The notes under the pieces were generated by a model. That model made no database searches, was not told the DNA's origin, and worked only from the letters and a program-made list of their open reading frames with translations. DNA of 64,000 nt from Octopus bimaculoides (Eukaryota). The position numbers and the translations under genes were made by a program. Shown one piece after another: positions 47,911-61,499 of the stretch; position 1 is the stretch's first letter, and each line of letters opens with the position of its first letter. The stretch covers positions 93,921,288-93,985,287 of the forward strand of contig NC_068990.1 of the NCBI RefSeq assembly GCF_001194135.2, written 5' to 3'.

Positions 47911-50900
47911 TGTGTGTGTGTGTGTGCACACGCACGCAACACTGGGATCAATAGAAGTCTGAATTGTTAGTTCCTCCATACATTTCAAAATTGCAGTTAT
48001 TTGGAACTTGTTATTGGATGTTTCGAATGCATTTAGATGCAGAAGTACAAGGGATCATCAAAGAAAACACTTTACTGCATCCTGTTACAGCAATCTGATG
48101 TTTGGAGAAATCAAGTATTAACGTTGCTCTTCATTCAACAATCACCAACAATGTCGATAAACAGCATGAACTATAAACTCTTTAACAACAACAAAGCAAA
48201 CAAGAAATTTTAAGAGATATGTAGAATGAATATCTTAATTATGTGGAATGAACAATAATGAGTTGAGCTGATTGCTTATTATACATACTGTTTGGTATTT
48301 TTTGAGGACCACATCAGAAAGCTAATGCAAAATAACACATATTCAAGTAAAAAAATGTGTCTCCTTGTCTTGATATCATGTCGTAGCTGTAAATGAATAT
48401 CACTGTTATACAAGCAGTGTCTTTCATTTTACAATTCTTTGAGAACCTGTCTGGTGACAGGGAAATGTTATTTTGCTTTGATACAGGTGAGAGTTAGTGA
48501 CAGGAAGAAAATCTGTCTAAATAAACTGTCCAACTCAGGCTCACAGGCAAAAGTAGACATCAAAATGATGATGATAACATCTACACCAGAACTAAGAATT
48601 ATTCCAAAGTAAAAAAAAAAAATTGTTTGTTTACATATTGTTATTCTCATTTGATAAAAAGTTCATAAATTTCATTGGTGACTCATTAAGCTGCAAATAA
48701 ATTGCATCCTGCACATCATTTGAATGTCTTAAAATTTGAAACAGTAATTATTTCATTTATATAAACTACAGAATTAAAGTAAAAGGCAAAAGTCAATGAA
48801 ATGAACCTTAACTGCTGCTGTATTTATTTTATAACCCTGAGATGAGTGAAAGATAAAGATGGAAATTAATACTGAGAACAGCAAATTGGGCAACAAACTA
48901 TGACAGGGCTGTTTTGCTATCGAGTGCTCCAACTCAATCCCTCTAACAATATTATGTTGCTGAACAGAGTCTAGTTTTATATAAGCTGTTGAAAGATCAG
49001 ATATTCAGTAAAAATTAAAAAAAAAAAAAAAAACTATTAACACAAATTGATTTTGAGAAGAATAAATATAATGAATAATCGAATTAAAATTTCAGTATTT
49101 GTGCAAATATTTCTAAAATTAAATAAATGATAACAGAAAGGCTTGGAAAAATTGATATTTTTTTGTCAAAATTGTTGGAGTCTTCTTTAAAAGGCATTGA
49201 ATAGTGATCAATCACTAAGGAGCAAAATGTCTGAAGATGGACAAATGACTAATCAGCATAAAGATGGATGATAAATGAGAATTTTGTTTTCTTGAAAAGA
49301 AATCAAATAAAACCCACATAGAAAAAATATAAAAGAAATATTTATAGACAAGGATTTCGACAATTCAACAAAGTACCAAACGGAATAGGGTTACAGACTA
49401 AGAGCAATTTTGCCAAATGAACTCTAAAAGTCTCAGAAGGGAATAACTTGCAGTTTTTTGTAAAAAGTAGTGAAACTAAAGAGAGAAATCTAATTTGAAT
49501 TTTTTTTCTTTCTTTTCTTCTTTTTTTTTCCTTTCTTTTCTGAACTGTAAATTAGCAATATCAAAAAATTGATAAGGTTGAGTGTTTTCAAACTAAATCA
49601 AAATAGAATAGAGATAAACTAACATTTTCATCTTTTCAGTAACAATTTAATACAATTAGAGTGAGTGAGAGAGAGAGAGAGAAAAAAAAAGAAGAGAGGA
49701 CACACAAGAAATGGAGGGAACTATCTGGCAACAAACATGCAATCTAGAATGAGTACAGGCACAACAGTGATACACAGAAATGGAAATGGTCAACTTGAGC
49801 TAGGCAGCCTTAGAGTTCCTTGAGAAAATGTGCAGACAGCTGGATCTAGTTTAAGTGGTAGGTGTCCATTTTCCAAAAATTACAAGAAGATAATTATTTC
49901 TATGGAAAGAAAACATCATAAAGGAGAAAGCCAGAAAGAAATTTTCTAACTATACAGAAATCAAACAAATAAAGTCTCAACTTAAGAAAGAAAAGAAAGC
50001 AACTTATTCAAAGAAAATGATAATGCTGTTAAAACTGGAACAATATACATTAATTTGTATTTTGTTCATTTAAGTGTAGAGACAAACAAACAGGTGTACT
50101 AAGTGGGCTGCATCACTGTCTACTGCTACCCGACTCACACTAAATAAAGACAATACCAAAACCAAAATAGGCACTAGCAATCACAGAGTCTCTACTGAAA
50201 TTCCATGTAATCCAATGAAAATTACTGAAGAACTAGAATCACATCTAGCATATTAGTAAAATGATTGAATATTCTACATAAGATTATATATGTATGTGTG
50301 TGTAAGTATATACATATGTGTGTGTGACTGTGTGTAAGTATATACATATGTGTGTGTGTGACTGTGTGTATGTATATGTGAGTGTGTTATGTGCATTAAA
50401 AAAACCACATTAAGTGAAGATAAAGGACAAATTTTCAAACTTCAGTTGTGAATAATAACGGAAATACTTATAATGGGAAAAAGAGATATTGCAAACCATC
50501 TGTAGCAGTCAAAGTATCTGATAAATGATGAGAGTGAGTAGAGTTTTAAAGATCCTACTGATTGGTTAAATAATGGGTTTTAATTCAGATTAAATTTAAT
50601 GAAAAACAATATAAATTTCATAGCTATTGATCATTTAAGTGATTTGGCCAAATGACCGGAGCAAAAAGTAGTTTAAGAATTAGATGTAAAGCTTCATTGT
50701 AGACATACAAAAATGTCATTTTTATTTGTATATAGACTGAAAAAAATGGGGAAAAGCCTCACTCAAGTTTTGAGCCTTATTGATGTCCCTCATCAGGAGT
50801 GTCTACATCACTTAATAAATTCCAGTCAGATAGGTAGCCATTCTGCTTATATACACATGAAATGCTACAAAGTAGTGGAAGTACCAATTGGTATACCATT

Positions 50901-53545
50901 TGTGCTGAACACTTTATTTGATATCAGTGGCCTGTCCATGGGGAACTCATTCCATACTATATTGAGGTAGGGTGTGTAGATATATATCATCATATCATAT
51001 ACCCAGGCCTATTCCCCACTTTTGTTTTTGTTTTTTAAGAAGGGGTTAGCCACAAGACACACACCAGGCACTCCATTCATTTCCCAGCTCCAAGGAGTCA
51101 AGCCCCGTTCTATGCTCGGGTCAAGGAATAGAACATATATATATATATATTATTTGAAATTGAGAATTTTATTCATAAATACTACAGACATTATCAACCC
51201 ATCAATATTATTTGAAGTGAGATGGAAACTAAAGAAAGACGCACAGACTAGGTTAGTTTTTTTATCACAAAATAAGAAAGAAACAACCAGACTTGGTTCT
51301 AAAAACTGATTCCAGAAATAAATGTAAGCAGATTTCTAATCTAATGGCACACATTAAACTTCTGATAGCATTCAAATGATCCTACAAACAGCAGCAAGAA
51401 TTTATTATCACAACCATGCATTACAAGTGACCACTAATAGCACACACCATGCAGCAGCAGCAAACTCTTCTTGACTGTACAAGTCTTTCAAAGCTTCAGG
51501 TTTGCTCAAATAGAACTGCATTAAAAAAAAAAAGGTAATAATAAATAAATAAATAGAAAGACTGAGTTTCCACACAGAGATTCAGCAGTCTTTGTTGGAT
51601 TAAGAAAACTGGAAATTGCATGTTCTCAAAATAGTTTAGATACTTAATATAACACCTCTAAACAACGACATAGAAGGCAAAAAATAGAAACCAATAATTA
51701 TAACTGAAATATCTCTCACAAAAATTATGTATCATGATATCTGGAGTGCTGTTCTAAATAAAATTAAAATTTCTATTCAAGGAAAAGCATTTTGCTTCAT
51801 TCCTGTCAGGCATTTTTAGCTGACTTATTCTTAGAAAATGTCTCATTTATTTATTTTTACTAGTTTGTTTCTCTGACAATAAAGTAAATTCTAAAATTAA
51901 ATATTCTAAGGTGATATTGTGAGCAAATTGATGAAACCATCTGAGAACTTTTAATTAATAGATATGCACAACTGGGAACAAGTTACAAGATGAAAAGCTA
52001 CAAAAATAACAAATTTTCATGCTGAACTAATAATACAGTTTCCTAATTAAATGAACGGCAGCCCACAGAGAAGAATAACAAAAGTTCTAACAATAAATAT
52101 CCTGCAGATTAAAAGAAATCATAATTTCCAGTTAACTAAATTTCCAGTAATTATTAAGAAATATATTTGAAAATATCATGAAACTTGGAAACTAAGAGAC
52201 AAGATTAACTTTGCAATAATAAATCATGACTTGAAACTTATACAAAAACAGAAATGCATCTAATAAAAGACACAACCAATTGGTTGCAGAAGAAGCTAAA
52301 ATAAAACATGAAAAATCTTAACATATTATTCTTTGCAAAGATTTCTAAAGAAATATTTTCATTCTAATTTTAACATTTGAATTGTTAATGGTGAGTGCAC
52401 CAATGAAAAATACTTTTAAATAAAAGAATGTTTAGAGGAATACTAAAGCAAGAATTGGTTCAACTAATTTTCATAATTATTAAAACCTAGTCAACAACAA
52501 TGGTAACATGTTAGGTTTAGTAAATCCGAAAAGAATCCCAAATACAGGAAAACAAAATGTTCTGGATAAGAATTGCACAACATGTAGAAGATCTATTATG
52601 TTTGATAAAACTTCCTGAAAATAACCCAACTTTAAAGTTTTTCTCAGAACCAAGTCAATAACAGAGACAAGAAGAGATAAGACTGCTTAAACCAAGCAAT
52701 AACACACACCAGCTTCAACATCTATGGTTGCATTTTTATGTTCTTAGTTTCTATTTAAAAAATTTTTTTGGAAACAAACGTCACTGCCAAGTCACTAAAT
52801 GAGTCTAGAACTGTGAGCTAACCTTTAGCAGCAGTGAAAGTAAGAGTCATACCATAAACACATTAAAAAAACCCCATTTCTCCCTACTTCAATGTGGATG
52901 TTTTATTAGAACAAACTTTACTGTGGCAGTTACCACGAAAGAAATTCTCAGACTGGCTTTTTGGTACAAAATACACTCTTGTTTGTATGACTATATTGAG
53001 GTATGGTGTGTAGATATATATACCCAGGCCTATTCCCCATATTTTTTTTAGGAGGGGGTAGCCACAGCAAGACATACAACAGACATTCCATTCATTTCCC
53101 AGCTCAAATGGGCAAATCCCATTCTATGCTTGGGTCAAGGCATAGAACACACACACACACACACATATATATATATGTATGTATGTATGGATGGATGTAT
53201 GGATGTATGTATTACTTGAAGCTGAGAATTTTATTCATAAATACTACAGACGTTATTAACCCATCAATGTTACTTGAAATGAGATGTGAGACCACCAAAT
53301 CATGCAATATAAACAAGAGCGAATTTTGCACCAAAAGCCGGTATGAGGGGTTCTCTCATGGTCTCTACTGCAGTATAGTCTATTCTAGCACAACATCCAA
53401 ATTTAAATGGGGAGAAATATTATCTCTTGGTATTAATACTGCCTCTGTCGCTAATAAACAAAAAAAAAGTTCTTCATTGGAATGCATGAAACTTAGAGCG
53501 TTCAAAACAGAAAATATAACTATAGTTAAATAATAATAATTGATG

Positions 53546-53581
<36 letters not shown>

Positions 53582-54354
53582 CAAAAGCTATTCTTACCAA
53601 AGTTCAGTCATTTTTATGTCTCTGAAACATGATACCATGATAGAAGAGTGAAAACAAAGAAAATGGAAAGAGTTACCATCATAAGACCTACCTGAGATTC
53701 AAAGAGGGGAGAGAAAGCAAATTGAAAAAAAAAGACAATGGTACATTAAATATTTCAGAAAAAAGAATGGAAANNNNNNNNNNNNNNNNNNNNNNNNNNN
53801 NNNNNNNNNNNNNNNNNNNNNNNNNNNNNNNNNNNNNNNNNNNNNNNNNNNNNNNNNNNNNNNNNNNNNNNNNNNNNNNNNNNNNNNNNNNNNNNNNNNN
53901 NNNNNNNNNNNNNNNNNNNNNNNNNNNNNNNNNNNNNNNNNNNNNNNNNNNNNNNNNNNNNNNNNNNNNNNNNNNNNNNNNNNNNNNNNNNNNNNNNNNN
54001 NNNNNNNNNNNNNNNNNNNNNNNNNNNNNNNNNNNNNNNNNNNNNNNNNNNNNNNNNNNNNNNNNNNNNNNNNNNNNNNNNNNNNNNNNNNNNNNNNNNN
54101 NNNTCATTTAAAAAATAACTAATGATTACAATTTTAACAAATGTTAATTTTAATGTAAATGCTAGAATTTCTACACTAAATTTGAAAACTGTTTTTGATG
54201 GAAATAGTGACAAGCCAAGACAAATATATTAAATTAGAAACTTTAAACACAGGTATATGTTCTAAGAAATACTTGTTACAAACACCAACAACAGAATGGA
54301 ATCCTGTAAAGTTTTCCATTTGTAAAATAACCAGCAACATTTTACTACCTAATG

Positions 54355-54388
<34 letters not shown>

Positions 54389-55344
54389 GCAATATAAAAG
54401 TGCACAGCAAGGTGCTATTCATGTCAAAAGTTCTACACCCCACACTTTTCACTGACAATGCTGAAGAAGTGAGTCAAGTGTATTATGCAATCTGGCTAAT
54501 TGCCTTGTGTAGTAAGTTTACTGAAACGTATATTTTATAAAGCTTAAAATACCAATTACGTTTATTATCATTGTGTATGTGTGTGTCCATCCTAAAAGTC
54601 TCAAGAAAAAACCCAGAAAACAACAAACAAGAGCAGAGTCTTTTCTATGAGTGGTGGAGAGTACAAATCTTCCTCCTTGTGTGGATGAAAAATGAGCAAA
54701 ATAATTGCCACTTTTAATAAAAAAAAAAAAAGACGGTTTTAAGCTTGTCCAACNNNNNNNNNNGGGGGGGGGGGTATGTGGAAAATGGTGTTTATAGTAA
54801 AAGCAGCTTAGTTAGATAACAAATGGCAGCAGATTTGGTAAAAGTGTAAGGAATGGCTTTATTCAGCCAACAGAGGTGGAGGAAGGGCAAAAGGAGGTAA
54901 GGATAATAGAAATACTCAAAATACAAGTGTGTGGGTGGGTGAGCAGGAAAATGAATGTGTTTAAGGGAATAGGAGGAGAGAGTGATAATGTAGTGTACTA
55001 TATTGCAGGATGAGAGTGAACAAAGCATATTGGCATGTATGTATGGTAGATGAGTGGGTGAGTGTGTGTGTGAAGATGATGATGATGAGGTGAAGTGCAC
55101 TGATGTATGCGAGAAAGAGACAGAGAGAGAGAGAGAGACAGAGAGAGACAGAGAGAGAGAGACAGAGAGAAAGAGACAGAGAGAGAGAAAGAGAGAGAGA
55201 GAGAGAGCGAGCAAGCATTTGAATATTTCTTCCAATCTACTTATGCTCAGAGTGCAAATCCTCAAAATGATAACTTTGCCCTTCATTCTTCTGGGGGGGG
55301 GGGTTGATAATAGGGGTAGGGGCTACCCCATTTGTGTTGATAGG

Positions 55345-55640
55345 GTCACCTAGCTCAGCAGTAGACTCTTGAAAAAGTTAACAAGAGGATCTCCAAAGCC
55401 AGCACTGCCTTCAGGATACTGCAAAAGAATGTATTGAAACACAGGGGAATCAACTTCTCCACCAAGCTAAAGGTCTATTGCACAGTTTATAAAGAACAGA
55501 CAAGACCTCTCAAGCATTTTCACACCAGGTGTCTCCACAGCATCCTGCACATTCACTGGAGTACTTCAGCAAACCAACATCCCAAGCTATTCAATAACCA
55601 GCATGCTCCATGCAAGTGGAATGGGCTAGGCATATAGGTG
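55345..55640 (+). mobile_element. RTE/BovB-like LINE fragment (different family from the two above)
   Basis: Frame reads EKVNKRISKASTAFRILQKNVLKHRGINFSTKLKVYCTV..RPLKHFHTRCLHSILHIHW, the post-RT region typical of RTE-BovB/RTE-1 elements. Confidence 0.72.
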
Positions 55641-56220
55641 TGTGTGGGGGGGGGGGGAGTGAAAGATTCAAGACCTGCACAAATGTTTTTTAGAAAGAGA
55701 CAGAGAAAATTTGGACAAATGATAATTACTAATGAAGACTGAGGTTTTTCTCCTTGAGACAAAACTTAGTTTTAATAGTAGATGTAGTATAATTAATAGC
55801 TGAATTTAATCAGAGTTCTTATTTGACGAACTTTGTGAGAATGATTGGCAAAAATCATCATTTATGGAATTAGAACTGTGAAACATCAACTAAATAACAA
55901 CAGACTTTCTGAACCAATCAGAACAAAGAACACATTGGAGATGGTTGTCCTAGATATATTAGGGCTGGAAAAAGAAAAAAAGAAAGAAAACACTAAACAT
56001 AACAGGAATGCCTCTAATCACAAATCTACTGCATTAGACTTGGCCTGGGGTTAAACAACAACAAAATTTGACTTGAAATGTGTCATGAAAGTCAATGTTA
56101 CCTATAATAAAACTTCCAAGATTCACAACAACCTGAGTGACATGTTGTAAAGTGAAATCATCTGCCATCTTCAGTTTATGCATAACATGCAACATTCCTA
56201 CATTACAACATCTCTTGTGC

Positions 56221-56294
56221 GTGCGTGCACACACATGCAATTGCCCAAATTGCATGTTCGTGCGTGCACACACATGCAATTGCCCAAATTGCAT
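56221..56294. repeat. Tandem duplication with 39-bp period
   Basis: gtgcgtgcacacacatgcaattgcccaaattgcat occurs twice, separated by gttc. Confidence 0.95.
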
Positions 56295-57469
56295 CTTCAA
56301 AAAGTTCTCTCAACAACCTCTTAACCATTTCAGTTATACAGCTACAATTAAAATACTGAATTGTTAAGAACAGATCAAAAATGTTTTTAAACTAATTTAC
56401 CACTGCCTTAGTTTCTTACAGTATTTTCATTAATTCATCTCACATTTCATACAACAAAGCAAAAATTCCACATACAGACTAAGGTCATTCTTCTTCTTCT
56501 TATTATTATTTTGAATAGCTTAGTCAGGAGAAGAGGTAGGGTCCAGAACCCTTTTCAAGCCTTTCTGGGACTGATGGGTGAACACAGGAAATTATCTTTA
56601 GCTGGATCCAAAAGCTTACAACAGAGTGGCCCTTACTAAAGTCAGCAAAGGATCAGGTGATGGTGTTAAATTGGATTATGGATCAGATCTATTGCCCCAG
56701 AATGGAAGTAGCCCTTCCAAAAGGCTTCATCACAGCTTCCACTTACCAAATTTTATTCACAAGACTTTGATCAATCTGAGGCTGTGGTAGAAAACATTTG
56801 CCAAAAATGCTCCACAGTGAAACCAAATTCAAAAATGTGTCCTAACAAAGCAAACTTAACCAAATTATCATCTTTGCATCTGTTTTAGTAGATCTGCAAC
56901 TTTCTGAAATACTGGATAACTTCTCTGTGTTTTTTTTCTTCTTTTTGTTAAGTGCACCTTCTGTACAAATTGTTGAAATGCAAGTAGAGTTTTCACAGTA
57001 ACACAAATGCATACTGAAGCTTGCTATATCTGCTTTGTTGCACCAATAAACTGTCTCCATTCTTTCAGTCAGCAACAGCTGGGTCACAACTACTCAGCAA
57101 TAACAGCAGCAGCAGCCACTGTTTCCACCCTCTTTGGGTATCTTGATCAGCCCTCCATGCAATATACAGTCAAATATATTACTTTATTTATTACTTTTAA
57201 AAATTACATCAAAACTAAATTGATAGTGCTTGTCACTTCAGAAAACTGGAAGCTAAGCTAATTTGCATTTAAATACAAGGATTTTTCTTAAGAAAATAAT
57301 GAGCTGATCAAATTAGCCTTAATTTATTACTAAAACCTATTTTATCCATTCTGCTATCTTCAAACTTGAAGAAAGGATCTCCTGGTGAAATTTGAACTCA
57401 TAAACGATAATGAAATTATTGATCAATGCTGTGACACTCTCGACCATTTTGTTACCACTTTGCTAATGA

Positions 57470-57690
57470 AATGCACTGACTCCATTTCAATTACCATTCC
57501 AACTAAATGATAAAATTAAAGAATACCTTAGGAATAAGAACCCAGGTTCGAAATTTCCCCAAGACACCTGATGAAGGCCGGAGGATATACCATCCGAAAC
57601 GTTGTGTTAACAACAAACAAGATGAGGATAAATATCTGTCAAATGTAAATAATGTACATAATTCCTCGTCTCTTAAATATAGAACTGAAG
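57470..57690 (+). mobile_element. Penelope-like terminal-repeat fragment with hammerhead motif
   Basis: Contains GACAC-CTGATGA-AGGCCG..CATCC-GAAACGTT-GTGTT. CTGATGAAG...CCGAAACG is characteristic of Penelope-like terminal repeats. Boundaries approximate. Confidence 0.65.
57563..57608 (+). ncRNA. Minimal type I hammerhead ribozyme-like motif
   Basis: Stem I GACAC/GTGTT, core CTGATGA at 57568-57574, GAAA at 57596-57599, palindromic ACGT stem III and a GUU cleavage triplet. Stem II is degenerate. Confidence 0.6.
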
Positions 57691-60600
57691 AATATTTAAA
57701 CAGCACAAACACTTTCAATAAGTTGTTACAACAAATGACATTTTCACTTTCCAACTTGGACCATCAACAGCTAGAATAAAAAGGTTGTGTCTGTTAATGA
57801 CTTCACAACTGAAATGTAGAACAAAGCATGAATTATTCAATAAGAATTCTATTAAAAAAACAAAAGTGGAAACTTTCTGGAAAAGAGAAAACAGTAGAAG
57901 AGTAAGCTGTAAAAATAAGTTGAGTGGGAGAGATGAAATCCCTTAAGGAATATCAGAATAAGAAAGGTTTAATAATTATTTACAAATAGAAAAGAAAATG
58001 AACTTTGGATTAAATCAAAGAAGAGATTATGGATTTCATTAAAAATAAATAAATAAACGAAATAAAGCACTATGACAAGATCAATTTGTTATTTATTGTT
58101 AGTGTCTGGGCACATTGATTAGTTTCACAGTCATTTCACAGTCACAGAGGGTTTGGGAAGTAAATCTCAGTGAGGATGGCAAGGATTAGCAGTAACGGGT
58201 TATAGTGGAGGCTGTACATTCAGGATATTTTTAGGAAACAGAGATCATTGTTGTAATAGCAGAAGAGTCTGAAAACAACAACAAAAAGACAACTAACTTT
58301 TATATTGAACACAATGCTGCAGTACAAAGTTATAACTGAAGATGGTTCCATGATTCCGTATACATTGCCAAATTAGAATATATTATTTTATTCTGAGTCT
58401 ATAAGCATGCCTAAATAAGACATGATAATCATAGAGAATAAATAAAAGACAACATTTATAATAAATATCTAACTAAATGGCAGAAAATTCTCAACCAGTT
58501 TCATCCAGAATATCTTATTGATCTAACTGGAATAATCTAATTGGAACAAAATTAATGAATCTTCCAATTTACAAGGCAGGTGGGTGGAGGTGTGGATGTT
58601 TTCTCCCCAGATTCATTTGCAATAAGTTTCTATCTAGATATCCATTCGTTGATTAGAAATACCTCAATGAGGTTTGTACCTGACAAAATACCACACACAC
58701 ACACAAGTTAGTGTTCATGTAAAGAATTCTTATGTTTGTTTATTTCTCAATAAAAGAGGAACCAAAGCCTGGATGTATGAAGTTTGCTTTGCAACCACAT
58801 GGTTGCAGAGTTTTGTCTTACTGCATGTCATCTCGGGCAAGCATCTTCTACAATAACCCTAACCCTAACCCTAACCCTGAGCTGAGCAAAGCTTTGTTAG
58901 TGGATTTGCTAGATGGAGATATATATAAACGGAGAGGATACAAAACGACATACATCATCTGGTAGACATTCCAGTGTGTATCTATTCCAAAACATGCAAT
59001 AACCAGCATTTGGGTATGAATAATTGGGTACACTACCAGCAGTATATTGGATAGGTACCATCCCTTGGTTGGTTGGTTTCCCAACCTCTAACTCTCACAG
59101 AAATATATATATATACATAACAGAGAATGCTGGGTGCTTTTTATGTGCCACTGGTATGGGTGTGTTTATGCATTACTGGCACAGGTGATTTTACGTGGCA
59201 TCGGCACCTGAAAGGTGTAAGCCTATATAAAGTAAAATCCTTGTCTTCCACATATACAGGCTGGTCCTTTCAGGTGCCGGTGCCACATAACAAAGCACCT
59301 GTGCCAGTAATGCATATACACACCCATACTGGTGCTGTGTAAATGTACCTGTGCCAGGGGTATGTAAAAAGCACCCAGCACACTCCGTGAAGTGGTTGGC
59401 ATTAGGAAGGGCATCCAGTTATAGAAATCATGCCACAACAAACAGTTAGAGTCTGGACAGTTCTCTGTTAGACAAAGCCATGTCAAACTGTCAACCCATG
59501 ACAGCATGGAAAGCAGACGTTAAACGATGATGATGATGATGAAGAAGAATCATTCAGCATCTGTTTCCCCTGCTGCCATGGGTTGGACTGTTTGAGAGGG
59601 GCTGGCAAGGCTGGAGAGCTGCCCAGGCACCATTTCTCAGTTTTGGCATTGGTTATATTAATTGATGACAGTTCCTGAAACAAACCAGCTTTGAAGTCAA
59701 AGCAGTGCTTATTCTATTGCAAAAATTTAAGATACACAGACTCAGGTGAGTATATGTTATACAGGTAATGGATAAAGAGGATAGAGAGATGGTGTTATTG
59801 TGACATTGCAGCCTCTTTCATGGAAATTAGTGATGTAAGAGGCGTGTTTTAATTGGGAAACAGAGTTGAAATACAGGCTTCGCTCACTGATAACTTACAA
59901 TCACATCATAACACCAGCTCATCTGGACACAAACACACATTCATTTATATTTACGCATGTCTGATAAATTTGTCAAAATTACACACACACACACACACAC
60001 ATGCACACACTAAAAACAAAAACATAAAAAAGGAGAGTAAATGATGCATTCTTAATCTATTGGACACACACACACACACACACACTACTATTTGAACAAC
60101 TTGCCTAATTTGATCACACAAAAATTTATTGCACATTATTAATTTTCCAAGTCCTATTAAAAGTAATAAATGGTTGCTATCATCATAATTTTCCAGAAAA
60201 ATCAATAAACTCCAGTTTGTTTATACAGGATTTAGTCAACTGTGGTATGGAAATACACACTGTTATATATATATGTTTCATTATATATTCATTTATTTCT
60301 ATATTTATTACATTCAATATATTTAAAACTCTTAAAATTTGAGAAATATTTTGATATTTTTTTAATCTTATGAACAAATTGCAAATAAATCTTGTTAATT
60401 AGTTGTTGATGTGGTATAAAGTTTTAGTGATAAACACTAGTAATTTTCAATAGACATCTCATAAAAATACAGAGTTGGCCCTAAACAGAAGCTGTGCCAT
60501 GATGAAGTTGTAGTGTTTAAATGGTGTAAAAGGTAAGCATGAGAATAAATCTGAAAACAGAACTGAAATTTAATGGAAGAGCGAAAGAAAAATAGATTTA

Positions 60601-60730
60601 CTTATAAACTGCAAGTACAATTCACAGGAGACCCATAAAATGGCATCAATTTATTTTGTAAACAATGAATATGGACAAGTAGGGCACACAGAAGTTACAT
60701 AATTACACAGAAATATATATATATACATAC

Positions 60731-60788
<58 letters not shown>

Positions 60789-61134
60789 AATAATTCTTTA
60801 ACAAAAAGAATGTTGACCTGCTTAGTCTTCATCAGAGGGTTTGAAATGTTTATATGTGTGTGTGGGTGTGTGTGTGTGTATATATGTACATATATCTATA
60901 TATATATATAAATATATATATAAAATCAAAATAAGCAACAGGATACCAAGTAGTGATGCAGTACGACCGTTTCAAGCAGCTCCATTTAATTGAACAATGC
61001 AATCATTACATCAATTTAAATGCAGTGCCATCTTCAGCTGCACAAATGCCTGACTGATTTGGTGCTTCAACTTAAGTACCTAATTCAACAGAATCTCAAT
61101 TTTATATATATAAATAAATATACATATATATACA

Positions 61135-61178
<44 letters not shown>

Positions 61179-61499
61179 CATACATATGCACATACAAATA
61201 TATGTATGTGTGTACGTATAGCTATATTATATGTTTATGTAGTCATAACAGACAAGGATAATCATGCATCAGGAAACAAGAAGTTGTCTCATAGTCACAG
61301 CATTATTATAGTTTGCGACACTCAGTTTATATTTGAACTATTTCGTTTCTTCTTTTCATTTCTTGTCCAAGAACTTCATAAATGTTTCAACTCCACAGGT
61401 TCTACTAACGAAAACTGGAGGTGATGACAATACAACAATATTATTTTAATTATGATAAAGGTGATAAGCTGGCAGATTCATTAGAAATAAGTCTTACAG

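Noticed and set aside
60812-60835. Minus-strand CTGATGAAGAC-taagcag-GTC-AAC, resembling a hammerhead half
   Set aside because: GAAA is incomplete and no stem I pairing was found; too little left to call.
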